Counted from the first letter of the stretch, positions 25,961 through 35,792 are shown. The stretch: DNA of 64,000 nucleotides from an uncultured Candidatus Saccharibacteria bacterium (GCA_965225085.1 CBDDBE010000006.1:35697-99696), one strand, 5' to 3'. Notes: generated by a model not told the origin, from the sequence alone. Program-made: numbers and translations.

Positions 25961-28080
25961 GTGATCAAAACCAACCCGTTAGCGGGCAAAACCGCACTAA
26001 TAATCGCGGTCCACAAAACAATCGCCGCGGCAATGGCCAAGGCAACAACAATCAAAACGGCCAAAGCCGTCAACAACAGGCCCAGCAGCAAAATAGCGTT
26101 CTGGCGCGCACTCAGACTCGCCGAGGCGAAGTCCAGCGCGCTGCCCGCCGCAATAGCGAGCTTGTAACACAAATTGCCGGCCAGCACGTCATCGATGTGC
26201 CGGTTAACAAATCTGTCTACAACGGCTACGAAGGCGAGCAGTTTACGCTGCTGCAGCAAAAGCGCCTGAAGCAAACCAAGGGCCCAGTCCTGCGCGTCAT
26301 TCCGATCGGCGGTCTGGGCGAAATGACCATCGGCAAGAACATGATGGCCATCGAATACGACAACGACATCATTGTCGTCGATATGGGGCTGCTGTTCCCG
26401 GGCAGTGACTATCCGGGCATTAATTACATCGTGCCTGACCCTACGTACCTCGAGGAGCGCAAGCACAAGATCCGCGGGCTTATCTTTACCCACGGACACC
26501 TTGACCACATCGGCGCGTTCAAACACCTTGTGCACCGTATTCCTGCGCCAGTCTACGCCAGTAAGTTCACCACAGGCATGCTGCGAAAGGCCATGGAAGA
26601 GGCGACAAGTGGCTACCAGCCGCAGTTTAACGAGCTGAATCCAGAGTCGCACGAGCGTGTTCAGCTGGGCGATAGCTTTAGCATCGAGCTGGTTCGCGTG
26701 AACCACTCCATTCCAGACGCGACCGCTGTCGTCATTCGTACCCCCGTCGGCGTACTTGTCGATACCGGTGACTGGCGCTTCGAGGAAAACCCGGTCGATG
26801 GCCGCAAGTTTGACCTCGAGCGGCTTGAACAAATCAGCCGCGAAGAGGGGATCACGCTGCTAATGAACGAGAGCACCAACTGCGACTCGGCCGGCACCCA
26901 CACGCATGGCGAGCAAGAGATTGCCCAGAGCTTTGGCGCAATTATGGAGCATCATGCCAACAGCCGCATCATGATCAGTACCTTTAGCTCGCAGATTCAC
27001 CGTATGCAGGTGATCCTGGAGCAGGCCAAGCTGCACAACCGCAAGGTTGCCTTTGCTGGCTATAGTATGTTGCAGAACCTCGAGGTTTCGCTGCGCGCCA
27101 ATGCTATCAAGATTCCAAAGGACGTGATCGTTCGTATGGAAGACATCGTGAAGCTGCCAGACAGCAAGGTCGTCATCGTCTGTACTGGGTCGCAGGGTGA
27201 GTTTAACGCCGTGCTTAACCGTATGGCGACCGGCGCGCACAAGTTTATCAAGATCAAGCGAACCGACATCATTGTCTTCAGCTCTAACCCGATTCCTGGC
27301 AACGAAAAATACGTCGTTCGCACGGTCGACGGCCTGATGCGCGAAGGCTCGGATGTTGTTCAGAACAATAAGCCAGCACTCGACAACTTTGGCCCACTGC
27401 ACCTTTCGGGGCATGGGTACCACGAGGATCATATCCGACTAATCAACGCGTTGAAGCCCAAGTACTATCTGCCAATTCACGGTGAATTCCACATGTTGGT
27501 GCACAACGCTGAGCTGGCCGAGAAGGAATGTGGCATTCCGAAGGAAAATATCTTTGTCGCTGACAGCGGTGATGTGATCGAGATTCAGCCTGGCGGCAGC
27601 GGGGCCAAGAAGGTCGGCCGCGTTCCGGTCGGTGGTATCATGTACGACGATTCTGGCGAGGAAGTCAGCGAAATCGTCCTCAAGGACCGAATTCACATGA
27701 GCAACGAAGGTATGTTCGTGGTAGTCCTAACCGTCAGCAAGAAGACCGGTCGGTTGCTAACCAGCCCCGACATCATCAGCCGTGGCTTCATCTATCTGCG
27801 CGACAGCGAGGAGCTGATGAACACCATCCGCCAATACCTGAAGCAGAAGATTGCTCGCAGCTACGGAAGCGGTCGCAAGGTCGACCTGGACGACCTCAAA
27901 CGTGAGATCAAGGACGATGTCGCCCACGTGCTATATGACCAGACTCGACGCACGCCGATTGTCATTACGGTAGTGAACGAGATTGCTCCCGCACCTGGCG
28001 GCATGAACGGTCAGCCGGGCCAGGACCAACAACGGCCTCAGGCTCCGCGCCCAGTTGCGACCGAACGCGCGACCGAGTAG
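25957..28080 (+). CDS. rnj: ribonuclease J
   Basis: Metallo-beta-lactamase/beta-CASP core (IPIGGLGEMTIGKNMM..., THGHLDHIGA, SGHGYHEDH). Preceded by a ~70-aa Gln/Asn/Arg/Gly-rich N-terminal extension. The start overlaps the UDG stop (ATGA). Confidence 0.92.
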   Translation: MSDQNQPVSGQNRTNNRGPQNNRRGNGQGNNNQNGQSRQQQAQQQNSVLARTQTRRGEVQRAARRNSELVTQIAGQHVIDVPVNKSVYNGYEGEQFTLLQQKRLKQTKGPVLRVIPIGGLGEMTIGKNMMAIEYDNDIIVVDMGLLFPGSDYPGINYIVPDPTYLEERKHKIRGLIFTHGHLDHIGAFKHLVHRIPAPVYASKFTTGMLRKAMEEATSGYQPQFNELNPESHERVQLGDSFSIELVRVNHSIPDATAVVIRTPVGVLVDTGDWRFEENPVDGRKFDLERLEQISREEGITLLMNESTNCDSAGTHTHGEQEIAQSFGAIMEHHANSRIMISTFSSQIHRMQVILEQAKLHNRKVAFAGYSMLQNLEVSLRANAIKIPKDVIVRMEDIVKLPDSKVVIVCTGSQGEFNAVLNRMATGAHKFIKIKRTDIIVFSSNPIPGNEKYVVRTVDGLMREGSDVVQNNKPALDNFGPLHLSGHGYHEDHIRLINALKPKYYLPIHGEFHMLVHNAELAEKECGIPKENIFVADSGDVIEIQPGGSGAKKVGRVPVGGIMYDDSGEEVSEIVLKDRIHMSNEGMFVVVLTVSKKTGRLLTSPDIISRGFIYLRDSEELMNTIRQYLKQKIARSYGSGRKVDLDDLKREIKDDVAHVLYDQTRRTPIVITVVNEIAPAPGGMNGQPGQDQQRPQAPRPVATERATE

Positions 28081-28093
28081 CATTTGTATTCCG

Positions 28094-28528
28094 TCAGTCA
28101 CTTAGCCGGCGAAGCTCGTCGGCTAAGTGTGCATTGTCCGAAACGGCTTCGAAAAAGCGGCTATCAACATCGTGAACAGCACGAATAGCTGCCTTGAGGC
28201 TGTCACGACCAGCTGGAGTGAGAGACAGGTGGAACACGCGCCCATCTTGTCCATCGCGCGTACGCAGCACAAACTGGCGTTGCTCCAGGCTTCGCACAAC
28301 TTGCGACACGACATTTATGTCCAGCGTCGTGTGCTCGGCAACATCACGCTGGGATGGGCCGTCGGGATTCTGTGTGCCAAGGCGCGAGATTGACCCCAGC
28401 AGGAAGAATTGTACCAGTGTTAGATCCACTGGTCGTAGCGTCTTGCCAAGATTTCGTCGCCACGCAACGGCTGCTTGGTTGAGCAAAAAACCAAGGCTCT
28501 GATCCGGGTTGGTGTAAGTGGTTGTCAT
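28094..28528 (-). CDS. MarR-family transcriptional regulator
   Basis: 144 aa. Winged-helix pattern LTLVQFFLLGSI...QRDVAEHTTLDINVVSQVVRSLEQRQFVLRTRDGQDGR. Confidence 0.85.
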   Translation of the reverse strand: MTTTYTNPDQSLGFLLNQAAVAWRRNLGKTLRPVDLTLVQFFLLGSISRLGTQNPDGPSQRDVAEHTTLDINVVSQVVRSLEQRQFVLRTRDGQDGRVFHLSLTPAGRDSLKAAIRAVHDVDSRFFEAVSDNAHLADELRRLSD

Positions 28529-29424
28529 CGCTTTGTGAAGAATTCGCGTTTATCAGGCATGTGGCCGGTCTGTCGCGCCCAAGTGTGCATCAGTACCGTG
28601 GCCCACATTCGATAAGGCTGCCAGGCCTCAGCAATCTTTAGTACCTCGGGTTTGCTGGGGAGTTTTGGCAGATGATGAAGTTGCTGGATCATGTAGTACG
28701 TTAGGTCGTCGTGGCTGAAGCCGTCCTTTATGCCTGCGCCGCGTTGCAGAATGCCCTGCGAGAAGAACGGACCAACGCCTGGAATAGTCTCGAGCTTGGC
28801 CAGGGCGATCGGCTCATCGAGCTGGCGCAAGTACTGACGATCGAGCAGCCCGTCGAGCGCTGCCTGGGCAACTGCATGCAGACGTTCGAGCTTAACGTCG
28901 TTGATGCTTTGAAATTCTGTAACCTTGAGCAATTTCTGCGGCAAGGGGTAGGCATGAAATATTTGGCCTTCAACCTTGATGGCATCGCCGAGTTCCTCGG
29001 CCATGTGGGCACGAATTTTGCGCGCCTGTGCAATGCTAATGCGATGGCCAGTTAGTAGTCCGGCTGCAGCTTCGTATGGCGAGTGAAACAAGGTCGGGCG
29101 CATGAAATGATAGGTCTTTTGTAGCTCTTGGATGGCCGGGTCGCGCTTGCCGACAGCTTCCCATCCGCTGCCATCCTCATCGAGCGACATTGCAGCGAGG
29201 GCTTGGCGTTTGGCGACCTCGGGGTCTGTGGCGCCATAGACTTTACCGCGCAAACTTCTGTCGGGTAGCTGAGTGAGCGTCACCGCCGCCGAGCTTTTCC
29301 ATCCTTCGACTGGGAAGGCCATAACGATTGTCTGTGGGTCGTGCTGCAACGTTGGCCAACCATTGAAGTATTGGTTTTGGAAGAGCAGATCAAACGGACC
29401 TTTAGGCGTGAAAGTAAACTCCAT
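28525..29424 (-). CDS. DNA-3-methyladenine glycosylase II-like (HhH-GPD family)
   Basis: 299 aa. Helix-hairpin-helix plus Gly/Pro loop LETIPGVGPFFSQGILQRGAG followed by Asp. AlkA-like length. Confidence 0.78.
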   Translation of the reverse strand: MEFTFTPKGPFDLLFQNQYFNGWPTLQHDPQTIVMAFPVEGWKSSAAVTLTQLPDRSLRGKVYGATDPEVAKRQALAAMSLDEDGSGWEAVGKRDPAIQELQKTYHFMRPTLFHSPYEAAAGLLTGHRISIAQARKIRAHMAEELGDAIKVEGQIFHAYPLPQKLLKVTEFQSINDVKLERLHAVAQAALDGLLDRQYLRQLDEPIALAKLETIPGVGPFFSQGILQRGAGIKDGFSHDDLTYYMIQQLHHLPKLPSKPEVLKIAEAWQPYRMWATVLMHTWARQTGHMPDKREFFTKR

Positions 29425-29428
29425 GGGG

Positions 29429-29848
29429 CTAATACTCGCGCTGGGCTAATTCGCTGAGCTGCTTCATGTTTGATTCGCTGTCGCGGGCGATGTCCTTGCC
29501 AAACATTGCGTAGAAGAACCCACCAAGTAGTCCGGTGAATTCGGTTCGGAATACAAAGCGTGCACCACCGTCAGCTGTCGGGACAATTTCGTGGTAACTC
29601 ATCATGGTGCAGAGGGGGAGGTTAGTGCGAATAGTGAAGCTTTTGCCTTCGACAATATCGTCGATGATGAGCGTCGCGCCCGGACCTTTCTTGTTCTTGA
29701 GTTTAGCCTGCGCACCGTTCTCAAATTTGTCCAGAGTGATCGATTCGATCGTTGGATCGTGCTTTTTCCAGTTGGGTAGGTCGGTCCATGCCTTCCAGGC
29801 CTGTGCCGGCGTTGCATTGGTTGTGGTGTCTGAGCTGAATGATTTCAT
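29429..29848 (-). CDS. SRPBCC (START/polyketide-cyclase-like) family protein
   Basis: About 139 aa. The pattern AWKAWTDLPNWKKHDP...SFTIRTNLPLCTMMSYHEI... is typical of SRPBCC ligand-binding folds. Start at ATG 29848 after AGGAAAA; the track start is 29860. Confidence 0.65.
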   Translation of the reverse strand: MKSFSSDTTTNATPAQAWKAWTDLPNWKKHDPTIESITLDKFENGAQAKLKNKKGPGATLIIDDIVEGKSFTIRTNLPLCTMMSYHEIVPTADGGARFVFRTEFTGLLGGFFYAMFGKDIARDSESNMKQLSELAQREY

Positions 29849-29887
29849 GTTTTTCCTCATGAATTAGTATGTATACATATCAATTTA

Positions 29888-29907
29888 GCACAAATTGAGT
29901 TTTGTGC
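29888..29907. promoter_or_regulatory. perfect inverted repeat, candidate MarR operator
   Basis: GCACAAA ttgagt TTTGTGC lies 40-60 nt upstream of the SRPBCC-alkA-marR operon start on the minus strand. Confidence 0.4.
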
Positions 29908-29933
29908 AAGCGGATTTTTAATTAGATAATCTC

Positions 29934-29976
29934 AAAAATTTGCAGTGAGTGGGGCAAGGTAAGTCGCCCCACTCAC
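29934..29976 (-). terminator. rho-independent terminator of orphan D
   Basis: 12-bp stem AGTGAGTGGGGC / GCCCCACTCACT. On the minus strand it is followed by GCAAATTTTT. Confidence 0.75.
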
Positions 29977-29987
29977 TAGTGTCGTCT

Positions 29988-30464
29988 TTAGCGTTTTGCG
30001 GCTTCGAGCAGCCCGGTTAGGTACGCTTGCGGCGGTAGGCAAGCGTGGTACGCGTCGCTATCACCAGTTGGGAAGAGCAGCTTGCTTTCCCTGTATTGGT
30101 CCGTGTCGGGCGAAAGCGGGACCACGAGGTACAGGTGGTGGACCTTATTCATGCCAAAATTATCCTGGGCGTTTGTTGGCAGTATGCCTCTGAGCCGGTC
30201 AACGGTTGCGCCTTCGGCGGTTGAGTAGCACGCCATCAGGAGCACCTGGTTGGGATACGCCGCGAGGAATTCTACTATCAACCCGTCACCAGGTTTGTGG
30301 ATGCGGTTTTGGGATTTGCTTGCGATGGTGACCGAGCGGGTACACCGAAACTCCGTACTCTCCGGGTCGATAGGCTTACGCCGAAGTCGGTCGCGCTTTG
30401 CCTGCATGGCCGTGACCCAGCTGTTGCCGGGCAGCCGTACCTGTACGTCTATCGCGTATATCAC
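29988..30464 (-). CDS. hypothetical protein (orphan D)
   Basis: 158 aa with its own terminator. No family recognised. Confidence 0.45.
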   Translation of the reverse strand: MIYAIDVQVRLPGNSWVTAMQAKRDRLRRKPIDPESTEFRCTRSVTIASKSQNRIHKPGDGLIVEFLAAYPNQVLLMACYSTAEGATVDRLRGILPTNAQDNFGMNKVHHLYLVVPLSPDTDQYRESKLLFPTGDSDAYHACLPPQAYLTGLLEAAKR

Positions 30465-30630
30465 GACAACTCCTTAGAATGGGACGGACTGTTAGATAAT
30501 GCCAGGATTTGTGATGAGGGTCAAGCTAGTTGAAAAAATATTAGAAAATTGCTATAGTATATGCATAAGCAATACTAAGTAGCGCATCCATGTCTTACTT
30601 TACTACCGAAGGTATGCCACAATAAACGTA

Positions 30631-32796
30631 ATGGCCAAAAGAAAAAGAAGGGTATCCAAGAAGAACCAAGCACCCCAGCATAATCTGCCGGAGGGTTTTT
30701 GGCAGCAGGCCGCCGCGACAGTGATGGTGGTGCTGGCGTTGCTACTCGTGATCGCCATGTTTGGCGCGGGCGGACCATTGATGGCCGCGATACTAACCGC
30801 TGGTAAATGGCTGATCGGATGGACTGTTTATCTGGTGCCATTTATCTTCGCTTATATTGCATTCGAAACATTCCGGGCAGAGCGTAATCGGCTGCCATTT
30901 GTTATGGAGTTTGGGACGGTGCTGTTCCTGGTCTTTGTGGCAGGCTTTTTCCATCTGTTCCTGAAGGATCCGAGCGACTTGCAGCTAGCGATGACTGGTG
31001 TGGGCGGCGGTGTGGCCGGGTATTCGATCGACCGTGTAATGCTGAGCCTGCTAGACACCAAGACGTCGGGGTTGGTTCTGGTGGTGCTGGCCTTTATAAC
31101 GATGCTATTTGTGGCGCGTATATCACCCTTGAGCGTCTTTAGAGGCATTGTGAGCTTATTCCGCCGTGAGCAGTTTGACGATTCGGGCAATCGGGCCGTT
31201 GCAGAGCGTGCAGCGGCATTGGACCAGAAGAGTACGGCCATTGGCGAGCTGAAAATGAATGAAGGCGTGCCGACGCTGGCTTCTATGCGTGCTGGGCGTA
31301 GCTTCAAGAACAGCATGGAAAAGCCAGCCGATGACTCGCAGAGCGCGCTCACCATCGCGACCGATCCCAACTGGAAGTTCCCGAGCCTCGACCTCTTGGA
31401 GAAGAAGCAATCACCGGCTGATGCAGGCGATGTAAAGCATAACGCTCAGGTCATCAAAGATACGCTGGGCGAATTTAGCATAGATGTCGAGATGGAGGGC
31501 GCGAATATCGGGCCCAAAGTCACGCAGTACACGCTCAAACCACCAGCTGGCGTCAAGCTCACGCGTATTACGCAGCTCGAGACGAACCTTGCGCTCAATC
31601 TGGCGGCATCGGCTATTCGTATCGAGGCGCCGATTCCTGGCCAGCGTGCGGTTGGTATAGAAGTGCCAAACGTAAAGGCTGCGGATGTGCGTCTGTACGG
31701 CGTATTGAACTCTGGCCAGTGGCAGCACGTGGCCTCGCCGCTCAGCTTTGCAATTGGGCGCGATATTGCCGGTGAGCCGATGGTGGGTGAGCTGGATAAA
31801 ATGCCGCATCTTCTGATTGCCGGTGCGACTGGGTCGGGTAAGTCGGTGATGATTAACACCCTACTGAGCAGCCTGCTGTATCGTAATAGCCCGAGCGACC
31901 TCAAGCTAATCTTGGTCGACCCGAAGCAGGTCGAGCTGACCCCATACAACGACATTCCTCATTTGTTGACTCCCGTTATTATCGAACCCGAAAAGTGCAT
32001 CAGCGCGCTGAAATGGGCTGTTAATGAAATGGAGCGTCGCTATAGCTTGCTGGCCGAGCAAAAGGTCCGCAACATCAAAAGCTACAACGACCTGAAGAAA
32101 AATGACGGCGAGGGCATGCCCTACATCGTTATTGTCATCGATGAGCTAGCCGACCTGATGATGATCGCAGCACGTGATGTTGAGGCGTTGATAGTGCGGT
32201 TGGCGCAGAAGGCGCGCGCTGTTGGTATTCATTTGGTATTGGCTACTCAGCGCCCGAGTGTGGACGTCATTACGGGGCTCATCAAGGCTAACGTGCCCGC
32301 GCGTATTGCCTTTACTGTAGCTAGCCAGGTAGACAGCCGTACCATTTTGGACCAGATGGGGGCCGAGAAACTACTGGGCCGTGGTGATATGCTGCTGCTG
32401 ACGCCAGAGCTGAGCAAGCCCAAGCGTATCCAGGGTGCGTTTGTGGGCGATGATGAAGTCGTGAAGGTGACAGACCACCTGCGCATGCAACGCCCACCAG
32501 ACTATGACCCAGAAATTATTGCACAACCAGTCCAGCTGAATGGTAAAGGGGGCGTGGTGATGGACTTTGACGGTGGCGGTGATGACGATATGTACAAAGA
32601 CGCCGTGCGTGTAGTGTGCGAAAGCGGCAAAGCAAGCGCTAGCCTGCTGCAACGACGCCTGCGTGTTGGGTATGCTCGTGCCGCACGATTGATCGAGACG
32701 ATGGAAGAACAGGGCATTGTTGGTCCGGCCGATGGTGCAAGGCCTCGAGACGTGCTGATAAGCAGCCCAGACGATGCTTTTAGCGGCAGCGAGTAG
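30631..32796 (+). CDS. ftsK: DNA translocase FtsK/SpoIIIE
   Basis: 721 aa. N-terminal membrane helices, Walker A LIAGATGSGKSV, Walker B YIVIVIDELADLMM, and a C-terminal gamma winged-helix (ASLLQRRLRVGYARAARLIETMEEQGIVGP). Confidence 0.95.
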   Translation: MAKRKRRVSKKNQAPQHNLPEGFWQQAAATVMVVLALLLVIAMFGAGGPLMAAILTAGKWLIGWTVYLVPFIFAYIAFETFRAERNRLPFVMEFGTVLFLVFVAGFFHLFLKDPSDLQLAMTGVGGGVAGYSIDRVMLSLLDTKTSGLVLVVLAFITMLFVARISPLSVFRGIVSLFRREQFDDSGNRAVAERAAALDQKSTAIGELKMNEGVPTLASMRAGRSFKNSMEKPADDSQSALTIATDPNWKFPSLDLLEKKQSPADAGDVKHNAQVIKDTLGEFSIDVEMEGANIGPKVTQYTLKPPAGVKLTRITQLETNLALNLAASAIRIEAPIPGQRAVGIEVPNVKAADVRLYGVLNSGQWQHVASPLSFAIGRDIAGEPMVGELDKMPHLLIAGATGSGKSVMINTLLSSLLYRNSPSDLKLILVDPKQVELTPYNDIPHLLTPVIIEPEKCISALKWAVNEMERRYSLLAEQKVRNIKSYNDLKKNDGEGMPYIVIVIDELADLMMIAARDVEALIVRLAQKARAVGIHLVLATQRPSVDVITGLIKANVPARIAFTVASQVDSRTILDQMGAEKLLGRGDMLLLTPELSKPKRIQGAFVGDDEVVKVTDHLRMQRPPDYDPEIIAQPVQLNGKGGVVMDFDGGGDDDMYKDAVRVVCESGKASASLLQRRLRVGYARAARLIETMEEQGIVGPADGARPRDVLISSPDDAFSGSE

Positions 32797-32843
32797 GCTT
32801 ATCGTGCGGCCCTAGGCTGTGCTATACTTCGACGCGGACTTAC

Positions 32844-32871
32844 GAGCCCTCCTCGCAAGGCGGGCTCTTTT
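32844..32871 (+). terminator. rho-independent terminator after ftsK
   Basis: GAGCCC ... GGGCTC followed by TTTTGTTTG. Confidence 0.65.
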
Positions 32872-32924
32872 GTTTGTACTTTCACGTTCACTCATGGATA
32901 GACCGAGATGTTCGGAGGTAGGAC

Positions 32925-35192
32925 ATGTCTACCAATTTGACGACGATCATCATTCCAGTGCGAAACGAAGAGAAGAACATCGCGCCGCTCGTGTCACAGG
33001 TTCAGAGCGCGCTGTATGGTGCTCTCGCTCGGGTTGTGTTCGTTGACGATAGCGACGACCTGCGTACGGCGCGGGCTATTGATGATGCCAGACGGCAGTA
33101 CGGATCCAAAACCCTTAGGGTACGTCGCATTACTCGTCCCGAATCGCGACAACAAGGCCAACTGGCCAGCGCCATGGTGGATGGCCTCCACGATCCGCTA
33201 ACAGGCGAGTTCGTCGTGGTGATGGCGGGAGATTTGCAGCACCCGGCGGCGGCGATTCCCGAGATGCTCGCGAAGCTGACGTCGGGCAAGGACCTGGTGG
33301 TGGCAAGCCGTTATCACCGAGAGAGCACCAATGAGAGTTGGTTTATGCGTCAGCGGCTTGTCGCGCGCAGTCTGGCTGTGCTGGCGCACGTGCTTTTCCC
33401 TTGGGCGCTCAGAGGTTTGACTGATCCGTCGTCGGGTTTTTTCGCCTTCAGACGTGAGGCGGTCTACGCGAGCCGTTTGCAGCAGTCGCGAGGTTTTCTG
33501 CCGTTGCTCGAGATTCTGGTGAATCACCCACGGCTGGATCGGGGAGAGATTGCGTGCCATTTCAGCGCCCGTCGCTGGGGACAGGGGCGATGGGACGAAT
33601 CGATAAGGTTGTCGCTTCTGTGGCGGCCAATTGCGCTGCGAATCAAGACTGTCGCACAGTGGCTGGTGTTCACGTTCGGTGGGGTGACCATTGCACTGCT
33701 GGGCATCGGCCTCTTTTGGCTGCTAGTGCACGGTGGTGTCGAGCCGGCCAAGGCTAATCCGATTGAGTTGCTGAGCTCATTGGTACTGGCTTTTGGGCTG
33801 TGCCGCTGTATCATCTGGCGCACACAGCCGCATGGTGCGCTTATGGGCCAGATGCTGTTGTTCATCATCGCGCGTGGCGTAGGCCTCTTGCTGACCTGGA
33901 TGACGTATGTCTGGCTGGTTCGGCGGGGCATGAATTACCAGCTGGCAAATATTGTCAGCCTGCCGGTTGGCGCGCCGCTGGGGTACTGGACGGCGCGGCT
34001 GATTTTCGAGCGCCGGGCGGAAGCATGGTTTGCCGCGCACCGCACGGACGCGGCAGTGGCGGCAGTTGTATTGGCATTGGTTTGGTGTACGGCCCTCGGC
34101 CTGCGCAGTTCGACCGGGAACCAGGGAGCGAATATTGCGAGTAACATTCGCTCGCCGTTTGCTCGGATGCTGGTCGGCCTGTACGATAACATGGCTAGCA
34201 GCGCTGACCAGCGTATCGGCCCCACTATATCTGCACGACAGCTAATGTGGCTAGTCGCGATGATGAGCACGGTACTTGTCTACGCGCTTGCGCGGCAGTT
34301 GCATTGCCGGCATGTTTTTGCGGCGGTGGCTGCGTTGATTTTTGGGCTGAGCCCACTCAGTGTTGGCCTGCATCAAATGATCCTGACGGACAATTTGGCG
34401 ATCATGTTGGTCTTGGCCGGGCTGTTGTTCGTCACGGCGTCACGCACCTGGGTTGGTGCAGCCGGCGGAGTGGTCTGCCTGACCATGGCTACGTTGACGA
34501 AGGAGGCAAGTATTCTCTTTGCGCCTGTCGTTCTGTGGCTGCTATGGCGGCACGCTACGGGGCTCGCACGGCGTTGGAAGAGAGTAGGGGCCTTTGTGGT
34601 CGCCTACGCTGCAGTGTGTTCTGGCTGGGTTTGCTTCCTGCGTTTTTCCGGGAGGGGCTCTGCCGCCAAAGGCTACGCCAACGCGATCGGATCAACCTGG
34701 TATCGACTGACTGGCCGCGCGACGAGCGGAAGTGTACTCGAGTTGACAGATAGCACTAAACAGTCGGTGCACGCGTGGTTCGGAACGGATCCGACGCTAT
34801 TGTGGGCCGGGCTGGCTGTGGGGCTGTTCGCGTTGTTCAACTGGAGGCTCCGTCCATTCGCAGTGATGTTGGGCATCTTGGCGGGCGCTCTGTTGGTGGG
34901 CAACCTGCCCGAGGCGTTCATCGTCGAGGCTATTCCGATGATGGCGCTTTTGATCGGAGCCGTCTCTGATGCTTGGTGGTCAAGGGTGCCGGCTCGTCGA
35001 TCTGCACGCCACGCCGGTGAGGGGCGGGGATGGCCGCATTTCATCGGGCGGGTGCCAGTGGTTGCAGCGGCGATTGCAGCAGTCGTATTTGCCAGTCCGA
35101 TGTGGGCGCAAAGCTTTCGGGCGCATACGACCGAGCTGCCTGGTGGGGGCACTACCGCGGTTACGGTCTATCAAACGCAGAGAGGTCAATAG
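32925..35192 (+). CDS. three-part fusion: GT2 polyprenyl-phosphate glycosyltransferase + GtrA-like 4-TM module + polytopic GT-C/PMT-like membrane domain
   Basis: 755 aa. N-terminus IIIPVRNEEKNIAPLV...VVFVDDSDD...MAGDLQHP (GT2, DPM1/Ppm-like). A middle 4-helix block is GtrA-like. The C-terminal ~370 aa have many TM helices resembling ArnT/PMT-type glycosyltransferases. SD GGAGGT. Confidence 0.78.
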   Translation: MSTNLTTIIIPVRNEEKNIAPLVSQVQSALYGALARVVFVDDSDDLRTARAIDDARRQYGSKTLRVRRITRPESRQQGQLASAMVDGLHDPLTGEFVVVMAGDLQHPAAAIPEMLAKLTSGKDLVVASRYHRESTNESWFMRQRLVARSLAVLAHVLFPWALRGLTDPSSGFFAFRREAVYASRLQQSRGFLPLLEILVNHPRLDRGEIACHFSARRWGQGRWDESIRLSLLWRPIALRIKTVAQWLVFTFGGVTIALLGIGLFWLLVHGGVEPAKANPIELLSSLVLAFGLCRCIIWRTQPHGALMGQMLLFIIARGVGLLLTWMTYVWLVRRGMNYQLANIVSLPVGAPLGYWTARLIFERRAEAWFAAHRTDAAVAAVVLALVWCTALGLRSSTGNQGANIASNIRSPFARMLVGLYDNMASSADQRIGPTISARQLMWLVAMMSTVLVYALARQLHCRHVFAAVAALIFGLSPLSVGLHQMILTDNLAIMLVLAGLLFVTASRTWVGAAGGVVCLTMATLTKEASILFAPVVLWLLWRHATGLARRWKRVGAFVVAYAAVCSGWVCFLRFSGRGSAAKGYANAIGSTWYRLTGRATSGSVLELTDSTKQSVHAWFGTDPTLLWAGLAVGLFALFNWRLRPFAVMLGILAGALLVGNLPEAFIVEAIPMMALLIGAVSDAWWSRVPARRSARHAGEGRGWPHFIGRVPVVAAAIAAVVFASPMWAQSFRAHTTELPGGGTTAVTVYQTQRGQ

Positions 35193-35213
35193 TACAGGCA
35201 GAGGTCGCTCTAG

Positions 35214-35276
35214 CGGCCCGGATGCACATAGTGGCTCCCGAGAAGGGAATCCTATGCGAGCGTCCGGGCCGTTTCT
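35214..35276 (+). terminator. long imperfect hairpin terminator
   Basis: CGGCCCGGATGC ... GCGTCCGGGCCG with nested inner pairs, followed by TTTCT. Confidence 0.55.
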
Positions 35277-35414
35277 AATCTTGAAGGGCTGTTTTGACGA
35301 ACGACCGTTGCGATTTTTCCCTATTTGTAGTAAAATTACATCTGTTAATAACTAACTCAGCTTGGGTTCATAGCCCACGCATCCTAGGCAACTGGGATTC
35401 CAAAGGAGGAAGAG

Positions 35415-35789
35415 ATGAAAAAGGACTACGAATTGGTAGTCTTGCTGCATCCAGATCTCGAGATCGATCTGGAGAAGCCGCTCGCCAAAGTTCGGCAGAT
35501 TTTGACCGACAATGGTGGCGAGATTGTCAAAGAAGACAACTGGGGTAAGCGCAAGCTTGCATATCCCATCAATAAGGAAGAGTTCGCGATCTATGTTTAT
35601 ATGGACGTGACGATTCCGACGGCAGGTGTCAAGAAAATTCAGAGCACGCTCAACATTACTGACGAAGTTTTGCGCTATCTGTTAACTGCCGTCGACCCGC
35701 GTGCAATTGCCGCAGCCAAGGAAGCAGCCGAGCGCGAAGCCTCAAGGGCCAAGAGCGAAAACGAAGAAGACCAAACAAGCGAGGAGTAG
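35415..35789 (+). CDS. rpsF: 30S ribosomal protein S6
   Basis: MKKDYELVVLLHPDLE... with an acidic C-terminal tail. SD AAAGGAGGAAG. Confidence 0.93.
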   Translation: MKKDYELVVLLHPDLEIDLEKPLAKVRQILTDNGGEIVKEDNWGKRKLAYPINKEEFAIYVYMDVTIPTAGVKKIQSTLNITDEVLRYLLTAVDPRAIAAAKEAAEREASRAKSENEEDQTSEE

Positions 35790-35792
35790 GGT

